The translations under genes and the position numbers were made by a program. A DNA stretch of 24,000 nt. Source: Pedobacter chitinilyticus (GTDB taxonomy: Bacteria; Bacteroidota; Bacteroidia; Sphingobacteriales; Sphingobacteriaceae). Below, one piece after another: positions 9,112 to 16,664 of this stretch. The notes under the pieces are model-generated. The model did no database searches. It was not told the origin of the DNA and was given only the letters and a program-made list of their open reading frames with translations. How positions within the stretch are numbered: the stretch's first letter is position 1; the number at the start of each line of letters is the position of its first letter. The stretch is from the NCBI RefSeq assembly GCF_003313385.1, contig NZ_QMHN01000002.1:110603-134602 (forward strand). Reading direction: 5' to 3'.

Positions 9112-9164
9112 ACGTCTGCTGGTACACCTCCAGCACTGATGAGACCTCAGGTAGGTCGAAACGT
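9112..9164 (+). ncRNA. Type III hammerhead self-cleaving ribozyme; predicted cleavage after C9116
   Basis: Stem III: ACGU 9112-9115 pairs with ACGU 9161-9164. The GUC cleavage triplet ends at C9116. Stem I: UGCUGG 9117-9122 pairs with CCAGCA 9130-9135, with loop UACACCU. Core CUGAUGA lies at 9136-9142. Stem II: GACC 9143-9146 pairs with GGUC 9154-9157, with loop UCAGGUA. Core GAA lies at 9158-9160 and A9161 pairs with U9115. Loop I ACCU (9126-9129) is complementary to loop II AGGU (9149-9152), which could form a tertiary contact. Confidence 0.8.
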
Positions 9165-9179
9165 AAACAAAAATGGCTT

Positions 9180-9617
9180 ATGCACTATTATGAACATGCG
9201 CTGCTAAGTGCACACAAATTTGGCTGCGCAATCGAAGACACCTTGCAGCTCCACAAACTGATGGATAGCTCCAAGTTCTTCTTTCCCGCCAGCCAGCACA
9301 GGTTGTTCTCGCACAACACATGGTTTGTCCATGTCCTTACCGAACTGATCGGTGACACCATTCCAAACTCCGTTAACGGCCAAAGACTATCTACGCGGGA
9401 CGTGCTGTACGAGCACCTGCGCGAAGACCATAACGGAAAGACCCCATCGCTGCAGGACTGGCTCGGCTGCCTGCACTTTGAGCTGGACGAACAGACAAGG
9501 ACCTGGTTCAACCACCCGCGGGGCAGCGACAAGAACCTGCTCAAAGAAATCAAATCACTGATCCTAAACCCCATTGACAATGAACAACCTACCCCTATCG
9601 ATGCAACAGCGATGTGA
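9180..9617 (+). CDS. Hypothetical protein (145 aa), first gene after the ribozyme
   Basis: The ORF MHYYEHALLSAHKFGCAIEDTLQLHKLMDSSKFF... has protein-like composition. Its ATG lies 15 nt after the ribozyme 3' end. No family assigned with confidence. Confidence 0.55.
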   Translation: MHYYEHALLSAHKFGCAIEDTLQLHKLMDSSKFFFPASQHRLFSHNTWFVHVLTELIGDTIPNSVNGQRLSTRDVLYEHLREDHNGKTPSLQDWLGCLHFELDEQTRTWFNHPRGSDKNLLKEIKSLILNPIDNEQPTPIDATAM

Positions 9618-10278
9618 CGAGCTCACCGCTTCTGGCGCAGAACTGTCCCTTACCTGGCAAGGTGGCGGCGACGAGGGCTGCTTTGATCTGCTACTGGACG
9701 AAAAACCTTTGGAAGAGCAGAGTGAGCTGGAACAGGAGATCATACATTTCATGGAAGAGGCCATTGGCTATGGCTCATTTGCCGGAGAATTCTACACCGA
9801 AGGCAAGCTGGTGTATAACCATATCACGAAATGTTTTGGTGGAACCGATAACTACTCCGACAGTGAAGGGGCCACCAGGGAGTGCCAGATCGCCATCCAC
9901 GTGCCCGAGCACATTTGGTTCGAGCACCTGGTTATCAACATAAGGGTCGAGTACGAAGACGCCAATCCAGAGGTCAGCATCGAGCCACGCCTGAGAAATG
10001 GCCCCCTGCCACCTGAACTTGATAGGCTGATCGCCAAATGGGAACGGTACCTTCGTGCAAAGTTCGCAACCGAGATCGACCAGTTGGAAGATTTCGAGTT
10101 TATGGCCATCGAACTCATCGCCGAGCGCTCCCAATTCACGGTGATCGGAGATATACTTCGCTTTGAGATCGATGCATTTGACTATAGCAAGTCTGTATCG
10201 AGCGAAAAGGAACTCTCTATCTACTTCACTGAAGAAGCCAAGAACCTGGCAGACCAGCAATATACCCTGCCGCTCTGA
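9574..10278 (+). CDS. Strongly acidic hypothetical protein
   Basis: A 234-aa ORF overlapping the previous gene; alternative in-frame start at 9601 (MQQRCDEL). Hand count over the ~225 aa from Met 9601 gives roughly 47 D/E against 18 K/R. Confidence 0.55.
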   Translation: MTMNNLPLSMQQRCDELTASGAELSLTWQGGGDEGCFDLLLDEKPLEEQSELEQEIIHFMEEAIGYGSFAGEFYTEGKLVYNHITKCFGGTDNYSDSEGATRECQIAIHVPEHIWFEHLVINIRVEYEDANPEVSIEPRLRNGPLPPELDRLIAKWERYLRAKFATEIDQLEDFEFMAIELIAERSQFTVIGDILRFEIDAFDYSKSVSSEKELSIYFTEEAKNLADQQYTLPL

Positions 10279-10311
10279 GCAGGTCATTATTAAACTTTCA
10301 ATTTTAAGATC

Positions 10312-11040
10312 ATGGATTTAAAACAGATTCAGCAGGCAAGCTACTATGTCAGCGGCCTGCAGGGCTTTGTACTCTCCGAGGCCATGCGCCTATGGAAAAC
10401 CAAGTTCGAAACACTCCAGGATTTCCAAAGGGAGGTGATCATCCATCACAGCCTGAACGAACTCGGAAATTTTGTTTCAGAGATGTGGGAAACGATAGCG
10501 CCCATCACCATTGCACAGGCGCTGTCAGAACAGAACCTGGAAAAGCGAAGGGTCATGTTCGACTGCATCGGCGTTGCCAAACTCTTCGCCGGCCTGGAAG
10601 CGAAACTGCTCGATAAGACAACGCTCCAGAAAGTGCGCACACGCTGGGACGAGGAAAACAAACCCTATCGGCACACCTTCGAGGACACCTATGAGCTCTA
10701 TCAGATCGATAGCGAGAAGCTCTTCGGCGTACAGCCCACCTTGCGCCAACTGACACCGGTATTTGCGGTGCGCTGCTGGTGCACGACAACCTCCAGGGAA
10801 TATTGGATCTACGTGCCCGAACTGGCAGCACTTGGTGTTCAGCGCTGGCAGCTTAAGGATGCCAAACCAGACGCGATCAGGGCCATCGCATGGACGATAA
10901 GGATCGATATCACCGAGCCCAAAAGGATCTACCGACAGGGCGATATCATCGTCGTGGAGGAATCGGAAAATTCGAGGGAAGTAGCGCCCTATCACCTAAA
11001 CAGGGAACAGTACCTGGAACTGATGTATTCGGAAACCTAA
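10312..11040 (+). CDS. Hypothetical protein (242 aa)
   Basis: A long ORF in the co-directional operon with protein-like composition. The overlapping ORFs in other frames and on the other strand are shorter and of odd composition. Confidence 0.55.
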   Translation: MDLKQIQQASYYVSGLQGFVLSEAMRLWKTKFETLQDFQREVIIHHSLNELGNFVSEMWETIAPITIAQALSEQNLEKRRVMFDCIGVAKLFAGLEAKLLDKTTLQKVRTRWDEENKPYRHTFEDTYELYQIDSEKLFGVQPTLRQLTPVFAVRCWCTTTSREYWIYVPELAALGVQRWQLKDAKPDAIRAIAWTIRIDITEPKRIYRQGDIIVVEESENSREVAPYHLNREQYLELMYSET

Positions 11041-11051
11041 AAACAATAGTT

Positions 11052-11303
11052 ATGTACACAAACAAAGCAAAAAGGCTTGTCCTTGGAGAGGGCGAGACTA
11101 TCGGGCACAAACATGTGCTGGAGTCAAGTAAAGAGATCAGCTACCGAAGGGTGGACAATTGCATCCACCTTTTCCTACAGGGCACCGGGGTGCTGACGCA
11201 CGACGAACACGACAGGATCGTGCTCAGCAAGCAGAAGTACCGAAGCTATCATCAGGTCGAATTCAATCCGATGGATGGCAGCATCAGCGAGATCTTCGAC
11301 TGA
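11052..11303 (+). CDS. Small hypothetical protein (83 aa)
   Basis: Internal ATG at 11052 (MYTNKAKRLVLGEGETIGHKH...) of the listed ORF 10890..11303. It was chosen because the upstream extension overlaps the preceding gene. A hairpin plus T-run follows. Confidence 0.45.
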   Translation: MYTNKAKRLVLGEGETIGHKHVLESSKEISYRRVDNCIHLFLQGTGVLTHDEHDRIVLSKQKYRSYHQVEFNPMDGSISEIFD

Positions 11304-11317
11304 TCGATCAATTCACA

Positions 11318-11340
11318 GGGGGCCACGGCCCCCTTTTTTA
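11318..11340 (+). terminator. Putative intrinsic terminator or attenuator inside the operon
   Basis: GGGGGCC 11318-11324 and GGCCCCC 11327-11333 form a GC stem (effectively 6 bp with a 4-nt loop), followed by TTTTTT at 11334-11339. Confidence 0.5.
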
Positions 11341-11360
11341 TTCACCTAAACTTTCAAGAA

Positions 11361-11957
11361 ATGGGACAATACTATAAGGCCGTCAACCTGGACAGGCAAG
11401 AATTCGTATCACCATATACCTACCATAGCGGCGCAAAACTGATGGAGCATTCGTGGCTGTACAGTCCGATGGTCAATGCGGTAGTAACGGCAATAGCGCC
11501 TGCCGGAACCTGGCATGGGTGCAGGCTGGTCTGGGCTGGCGACTACATGGACGAACAGCTTTTTCTAAAGGGACTGGGCAAAAGGGCCAGATCGTTCAAA
11601 ACACTTTATGACTGCTGCCAGTCCCCCGATGAAACCGATACGCCCTGTATCGCACCTGCCCAGCTAAAGATCACCGATGGCCCCGCAGGAGCTTACCTGG
11701 CCAACCATGATAAAAAACAACAGGTTGCCCTTAGCGATCTGCCCGAAGAGGACCCCAATGAAAAGGGCTGGCACATCCATCCCCTGCCACTGCTATGCTG
11801 CTCGGGCAATGGCCGTGGCGGCGGAGACTTCAGGGGCGAAAATCCATACACGGGGAGCTGGGCCGGGGACAGGATCTCGGCCGAGTACGGCCCTTTGGAA
11901 GGCTACCAGTTAATCGTCCCGGCATTCACCGAGCAGCAGGACAATCATGAACGTTAA
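11361..11957 (+). CDS. Hypothetical protein (198 aa)
   Basis: ORF MGQYYKAVNLDRQEFVSPYTYHSGAKLMEHSW... in the co-directional operon. No recognised motif. Confidence 0.5.
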   Translation: MGQYYKAVNLDRQEFVSPYTYHSGAKLMEHSWLYSPMVNAVVTAIAPAGTWHGCRLVWAGDYMDEQLFLKGLGKRARSFKTLYDCCQSPDETDTPCIAPAQLKITDGPAGAYLANHDKKQQVALSDLPEEDPNEKGWHIHPLPLLCCSGNGRGGGDFRGENPYTGSWAGDRISAEYGPLEGYQLIVPAFTEQQDNHER

Positions 11958-11968
11958 AAATTACTGCG

Positions 11969-12505
11969 ATGGATACCAACATCAAAATTGCCCAGGCAAG
12001 TATCTACGTGGGCACCTACTTCAAATACAACTCTGGTTCGCTCCAAGGTAAATGGATGGACCTTTCGGAATTTTCTACTAAGGAAGAGTTCTACAGGGCG
12101 GCCTACGAACTGCACAAGGATGAGCAGGACCCCGAACTGATGTTCCAGGATATGGAGCACATTCCCGATAGCCTGGCCAGCGAAAGCTGGCTGTCGGCAA
12201 AATTCTTTACCGTTCGCGATGCATTGGAGGGCCTGGAAGAAAAGCTGCACGAGCCCTTTTTCATGTGGTGCAACAACGACCACTATGATCTTTCCAAGGA
12301 GGACATCGATGAGCTGATCTCTTCCTTTGCCGACTGCTATCAGGGGCTATACGATAGCCAGGAGGATTTCGCGCGCCAGTACGTGGCGGAACATCATCAG
12401 CTAAGCGAATTTTCGCTCAACTACTTCGATTATGAAAGCTATGCCCGCGACCTTTTCTGCGAGAGCTTCTGGTACGATGGCGGCCATGTATTCACCAACA
12501 GTTAA
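11969..12505 (+). CDS. ardA: Antirestriction protein ArdA
   Basis: The N-terminus IYVGTYFKYNSGSLQGKWMDLSEF..EEF and the ELMFQDMEHIP segment match the ArdA family pattern as I recall it (iYv..l..YN.G.l.G.W.dl ... EE..i.D.E..p). The protein is acidic, of the expected size (178 aa), and sits in a conjugative leading-region context. Confidence 0.75.
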   Translation: MDTNIKIAQASIYVGTYFKYNSGSLQGKWMDLSEFSTKEEFYRAAYELHKDEQDPELMFQDMEHIPDSLASESWLSAKFFTVRDALEGLEEKLHEPFFMWCNNDHYDLSKEDIDELISSFADCYQGLYDSQEDFARQYVAEHHQLSEFSLNYFDYESYARDLFCESFWYDGGHVFTNS

Positions 12506-12515
12506 GCTTCTACAT

Positions 12516-12995
12516 ATGCATCGCGAACGATTTTCTCCTGAACGGCTGAGGCTGATCCGGAGGCTAAGGAGGGCACGCAGGCTCTACCGGAAGATGCCAC
12601 TGTTTGCCTTTGACCTCATGCGTGCCGAAGACCCTAGCTACACCTATGAAGAATTCGTGGATGACCTCCGTCTTCGAAACAAACCGAAGGTGCGCAAAGC
12701 CAAAGATCAGGCGGTCAGCTTTGGCAGGTATTACCGCATTAGAAAGCTTTTGGCGGGCTATCATGCCAGTGGCGATACAGAATTACTGCTTGCAGCTTCA
12801 AAGCTCTGGCAGCGCCTTAGAAAGCCCTATGTGGTGGTAGCCAAGCTGAAGGACGAACGATTCGAATTTCATTTTCCACCAAAGGTTCCCATCGAGCGCA
12901 TCGAAACATTCACCCTTGACCTGCGGCATTGCAAAACCATAGCGCAGGTTCAGGAATGCTACAGGCGTTTCAGCTCAACGATCAACCTTTACTAA
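12516..12995 (+). CDS. Hypothetical basic protein (159 aa)
   Basis: Internal ATG at 12516 (MHRERFSPERLRLIRRLRRARRLY...) of the listed ORF 12432..12995. It lies just after the ArdA stop, so the gene does not overlap ArdA. Confidence 0.45.
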   Translation: MHRERFSPERLRLIRRLRRARRLYRKMPLFAFDLMRAEDPSYTYEEFVDDLRLRNKPKVRKAKDQAVSFGRYYRIRKLLAGYHASGDTELLLAASKLWQRLRKPYVVVAKLKDERFEFHFPPKVPIERIETFTLDLRHCKTIAQVQECYRRFSSTINLY

Positions 12996-13006
12996 TCAAC
13001 AATATC

Positions 13007-13393
13007 ATGGAAACAAAACCATTAGCACTCATGAAGGCCACCGAACGGGGTGCCCTTTTGGCTGATCTTTTTCCCGAGGAGATCGACAGCCTGATCAATT
13101 TCATCGATGGCATGTGCCTGACCATGCTCGAAGAGAAAGCGCATGCCATCAGCCTTGCAAAGAAAATGGATATCCCCTATGGCAGGTGGATCAGGGCGGT
13201 GAAGAAGAGCAAGAAGATGATCGACACCTACAGGCCCAAACAGGAGCTCAGGTTCCTGATGATCCTTTTGATGGGCGGGGATGACCTGGAGTACTTCAAC
13301 ATGTACTGCGCCAATTTGATGGTCACCACCCGTAGTTCCGAAAGCCATTCGGAGCAGTGCTTCCACCACGCCATTCACATGCTCTTTGACTAA
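13007..13393 (+). CDS. Hypothetical protein (128 aa)
   Basis: Internal ATG at 13007 (METKPLALMKATERGALLADLF...) of the listed ORF 12929..13393, starting after the previous stop. Confidence 0.45.
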   Translation: METKPLALMKATERGALLADLFPEEIDSLINFIDGMCLTMLEEKAHAISLAKKMDIPYGRWIRAVKKSKKMIDTYRPKQELRFLMILLMGGDDLEYFNMYCANLMVTTRSSESHSEQCFHHAIHMLFD

Positions 13394-13404
13394 CGGTCCT
13401 GGCC

Positions 13405-14349
13405 ATGGAAGCGCTGACCATACTTTCCTTCGGTGCGGGCCAGGACAGTACCTGTATCCTGTACAAGATCATCTATGATGCGGCTTTCAGGGAGCGTTAT
13501 GTAAACGGAAAATTGCTGGTGGTCATGTCGGACACCGGCAACGAGCATCCGCACACCTACAGGCATGTGCGTTATATCGGGGACCTGTGCAGGGAGCACG
13601 GCATCCCCTTCCATTTCCTGCGCAGCTCAATGGGATACCATCCCCGAACCTGGCCATCGCTCCAGGGGCAGTTCATTGCCAATTCGACCATCATGTCGAT
13701 GATGTTTCCAAGGACCTGCACCGACAACCTGAAGATCAAACCTATCTATGCCTTCATCGACGACTACCTCGGACGGACCTATTACGGTTACACAGATCCG
13801 CAGATCGCAAAGGGCAAGCAGTTCATCAAGCGTTTTGCGGCCCAGCACGGCAAGATCAAAATGATCCTGGGCATAGCCGCCGGTGAAGAGGGCCGGATCA
13901 AAAGTTCGGCAAGAAAGCAGCTCAGGGCCTCACAGCTCAAACTCTTCACCAGAGCCAGGCGACAGATCCCCCAATGGATGGAACTTGCCATCGAGAAAAG
14001 CTACCCGTTGGTCGAACTGGGCATGGACAGAAGGGCATGCCAGCAGTATATCACCTCTACGGGCCACGCCGTCCCCTATCCTTCCAACTGTATGATGTGC
14101 CCTTTTCTGAGCAAGCCCGAAATGTTGTGGCTCTACAGGAACCTTCCCGATGAGTTCGGCCGATGGGTGCAGCATGAACGGCGCAAGATCAGCCGAAGTG
14201 CAGGCCGGCGCATCAACCACGGGGTGAAGGGAGAAAAAACACTACCGGAAATTTTACGGGAAGCCATCGAGCAATTCGGCCACCTGACCAACACTGAACT
14301 GGACGAGCACAAAATGAGCCATGGCCACTGCGTGCGCTCCAGTTTCTAA
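13405..14349 (+). CDS. PAPS-reductase-like PP-loop ATPase family protein
   Basis: N-terminal PP-loop variant SFGAGQDS (aa 8-15, nt 13426-13449) followed by VVMSDTGNEHPHT, typical of the PAPS reductase / DndC / IbrA-like superfamily. C-terminal Cys residues include CMMCPF. Confidence 0.7.
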   Translation: MEALTILSFGAGQDSTCILYKIIYDAAFRERYVNGKLLVVMSDTGNEHPHTYRHVRYIGDLCREHGIPFHFLRSSMGYHPRTWPSLQGQFIANSTIMSMMFPRTCTDNLKIKPIYAFIDDYLGRTYYGYTDPQIAKGKQFIKRFAAQHGKIKMILGIAAGEEGRIKSSARKQLRASQLKLFTRARRQIPQWMELAIEKSYPLVELGMDRRACQQYITSTGHAVPYPSNCMMCPFLSKPEMLWLYRNLPDEFGRWVQHERRKISRSAGRRINHGVKGEKTLPEILREAIEQFGHLTNTELDEHKMSHGHCVRSSF

Positions 14350-14371
14350 AACACCATAAAAATCCAACATC

Positions 14372-16222
14372 ATGACAACAAAAACCAAAACAAGAAGGCA
14401 GAAAGTGCTGTCTAGGACAGCTGTGCCTCCAGGTAGGAAAACCGATCAGCCACAGACGGCCGACAACTACCTCAACATCGCCACCAACCTGATCGACATC
14501 AGTCCCCTCAACCACAGGAAGTACTATGACGAGGATGCGCTCAAATCATTCGGTACCGAACTAAAGCAACATGGCATCATTTCACCGATCATGGTCCGTA
14601 TCGTCAAACCGGGCAGATATGAGCTCGTTGCAGGAGAAAGAAGGTTCAGGGCTTCCAAACTTGCAGACCTGCAGACCATGCCCGCAGTGGTCAGGGAGCT
14701 GACCGACGAACAGGTCATCGAAATACAGCTGGCCGAAAACATCCAGCGGGAAGATCCCCATCCACTTCACGAGGCACAGGGCATCGCACAGCTCCAGACC
14801 CTTGGCCTGTCCATCGAGGAGATCTCTGCCCGGTTGGGACGTAGCAGGAAGTATATCTTCGGGCGTATCCGCCTGGCCTCGCTGATCGAACCCTTGCAGC
14901 TCATTTTCCTAGCAGGAAAGTTCAGCCTTGCCGATGCCAATGCCATCGCCGCAATATCGGCCGACGGACAGCAGGAATTCTTCAAGCAGGAATGTAGGAA
15001 CTGGCAGAAAAAGGAGTTCCGCATCTACAACCTGAGCGGCATACTGAACCAGTATCGGTACGATCTTAAAAGAGCGCCGTTCGATACCAAGAACAAAATG
15101 CTGGTGCCAGAGGCCGGGGCCTGTACCAAATGTCAGTTCAATACCGCAGTGCTCAAAGAGCTCTTTCCCGAGGAAGCCAAATCGGCCACCTGTACCAACA
15201 AGACCTGTTACCAGTCCAAATGCAGCGCGCACTTCAACCTGATGATCGCCTCTGCCGTTTCCGAACATCAACCAATTGCACTGATCACGGGCTACAATGT
15301 GTCGGAACGTACCCTTGCAGCGCTAAAGGCAAGTCCGCTGACCAGGGACCTGCCTATCCACCAGGCCGATGAGATCACCATCTTCGAAGAACCTGTGATG
15401 CCGACAAAGGAGGATTTTACCGATCCATGGGCACAGGATGACGATGAAGATGCCGAGTTCGACCAGGAGGGATTTGAGGTGGCACTACAGGAACACCAGG
15501 CCGAGCTATTGGAATTCCAGCAGATCAGGGAACGTGAGAGTACAAAGATCGGGCTAAGGGTTTGGGACTCCAGTGTGAAAGCGGTGCTTTTCAATACCGA
15601 AAGGCCACGCTCTGCCCGCTACGGTTCGGCGGCATCGGTCACTTCAAAACAGGTCCAGGAAGCGATCAAGAATGGTACGGCTACAGTCGAGCTCCTTATC
15701 GGAGAAGTGGCAAGGCTAAAGGGACGCGAAGAGCGGGCAAAGCAGATCGATCGCGATAAGGTACAGGCGGCCGTGCACCACCAGTTCGCCGAACATTACC
15801 AGCAGCTTGAGCACAACCTGGAGCAGACCGATGCAGATACCTGCGCCCTGCGTCTTCTGATCTTCGAGGGACTGGACTACCACAGCAGGAACAAGGTGAA
15901 AGCGACCATTTTTGACCAGCAGCCCGATGAAGCAATGGACGAACAGGAAGCGACCTACCAGGCACTGTGCAACCTTACCCTGCAACAGCACCTTCTTTTG
16001 GTGCGCATGGCCCTTGCGGCCAAACCGGAAAGCAAACTTCCTCGAAGCCAGGCCGCCTATACCCTGTACAAGGTCGCGGAGCAATCGGGACTGGATGTAG
16101 TGGCCATCGAAAATGCCCAACAGGAAATTGCCGAGGCAAGAAAGGCGCGGATGGAAACAAAGGTGGCCCTATTGGACAAGAAAGTGGAAAGGTTGCAGCA
16201 GGTCACCCTGGAGGCGGAATGA
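14372..16222 (+). CDS. ParB/Srx-like N-terminal domain protein with a Cys cluster and a long helical C-terminus
   Basis: ParB box ISPIMVR...YELVAGERRFRA (GERRxRA at nt 14633-14653) and ...QLAENIQREDPHPLHEAQG. Cys cluster C251-x2-C254 ... C274-x4-C279-x4-C284 at nt 15122-15223. The C-terminal part is charged and coiled-coil-like. Confidence 0.8.
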   Translation: MTTKTKTRRQKVLSRTAVPPGRKTDQPQTADNYLNIATNLIDISPLNHRKYYDEDALKSFGTELKQHGIISPIMVRIVKPGRYELVAGERRFRASKLADLQTMPAVVRELTDEQVIEIQLAENIQREDPHPLHEAQGIAQLQTLGLSIEEISARLGRSRKYIFGRIRLASLIEPLQLIFLAGKFSLADANAIAAISADGQQEFFKQECRNWQKKEFRIYNLSGILNQYRYDLKRAPFDTKNKMLVPEAGACTKCQFNTAVLKELFPEEAKSATCTNKTCYQSKCSAHFNLMIASAVSEHQPIALITGYNVSERTLAALKASPLTRDLPIHQADEITIFEEPVMPTKEDFTDPWAQDDDEDAEFDQEGFEVALQEHQAELLEFQQIRERESTKIGLRVWDSSVKAVLFNTERPRSARYGSAASVTSKQVQEAIKNGTATVELLIGEVARLKGREERAKQIDRDKVQAAVHHQFAEHYQQLEHNLEQTDADTCALRLLIFEGLDYHSRNKVKATIFDQQPDEAMDEQEATYQALCNLTLQQHLLLVRMALAAKPESKLPRSQAAYTLYKVAEQSGLDVVAIENAQQEIAEARKARMETKVALLDKKVERLQQVTLEAE

Positions 16223-16242
16223 AGGGACCCGAAGGTCCCTTC
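16221..16242. terminator. Perfect 9-bp hairpin between convergent stop codons
   Basis: GAAGGGACC 16221-16229 pairs with GGTCCCTTC 16234-16242 around a CGAA loop. It lies between the ParB stop (16220-16222) and the minus-strand stop (16245-16247). There is no clear U-tract, so termination is inferred from position only. Confidence 0.45.
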
Positions 16243-16244
16243 CA

Positions 16245-16526
16245 TTAGCCCTTAAGCTGTTGGATGGCATTGAGCTTCCTTGCCAGCTCGGTAAGGCCCG
16301 ATTTTTCCATAAACCCGTCCACGAGCTCCCGCAGTTCTTGGAGCGATTCGGCGGGCATGGCCTCCATCATACCGGTGCCATCTTTTGCATCCAGGCCGCG
16401 CTCGACCACCTGCGAAAGCAACAGGACCATTTTGCGCGAAACCTTTACATCGATGCGCACGCTTTCGTTCATGCCCGGGATACACAACAGTGTATCATAG
16501 AGCAGCTGTTCATTCTTGTTAGCCAT
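16245..16526 (-). CDS. Small hypothetical protein (93 aa), the only minus-strand gene in the backbone block
   Basis: ORF MANKNEQLLYDTLLCIPGMNESVRIDVKVSRKMVLLLSQVVERG... has protein-like composition. It is divergent from the primase gene across 16527-16664. Confidence 0.5.
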   Translation of the reverse strand: MANKNEQLLYDTLLCIPGMNESVRIDVKVSRKMVLLLSQVVERGLDAKDGTGMMEAMPAESLQELRELVDGFMEKSGLTELARKLNAIQQLKG

Positions 16527-16664
16527 AATCTCAATCTTAAATCAACTTCACCATGCAAAGCTATCAAAATGCCCGAGCACCCACCCGTACCATTTTGGTA
16601 CAGGTTGCCCAAATACCGGTTATGCTGGATAATTTCGTATCACTAGAACAGAGGGGAGGAAAAA

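Noticed and set aside
10291-11357. Exact 11-mer TAAACTTTCAA occurring just upstream of two start codons (10291-10301 before the ATG at 10312; 11347-11357 before the ATG at 11361)
   Set aside because: By a rough N^2/2/4^11 estimate, dozens of exact 11-mer pairs are expected by chance in 24 kb. The motif does not match the Bacteroidota -7 TAnnTTTG box and is not seen upstream of the other operon genes. It may be worth a motif search in homologues but is not supportable here.
10890-13006. Upstream-extended start codons given by the ORF track (10890, 12432, 12929)
   Set aside because: These extensions overlap the preceding genes by 70-150 nt in another frame. Internal ATGs at 11052, 12516 and 13007 start just after the upstream stop codons and give a tightly packed, non-overlapping operon. 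Start sites remain unverified.
6228-15245. Other CUGAUGA heptamers (6228-6234, 13256-13262, 15239-15245), and minus-strand copies read from TCATCAG near 11245, 12393 and 23555, considered as possible additional hammerheads
   Set aside because: None is followed by a stem II hairpin and a GAAA at the right spacing, nor preceded by a stem I or UH site. All lie inside coding sequence. Only 9112-9164 satisfies the full architecture, so there is no paired ribozyme that would suggest a circular RNA.
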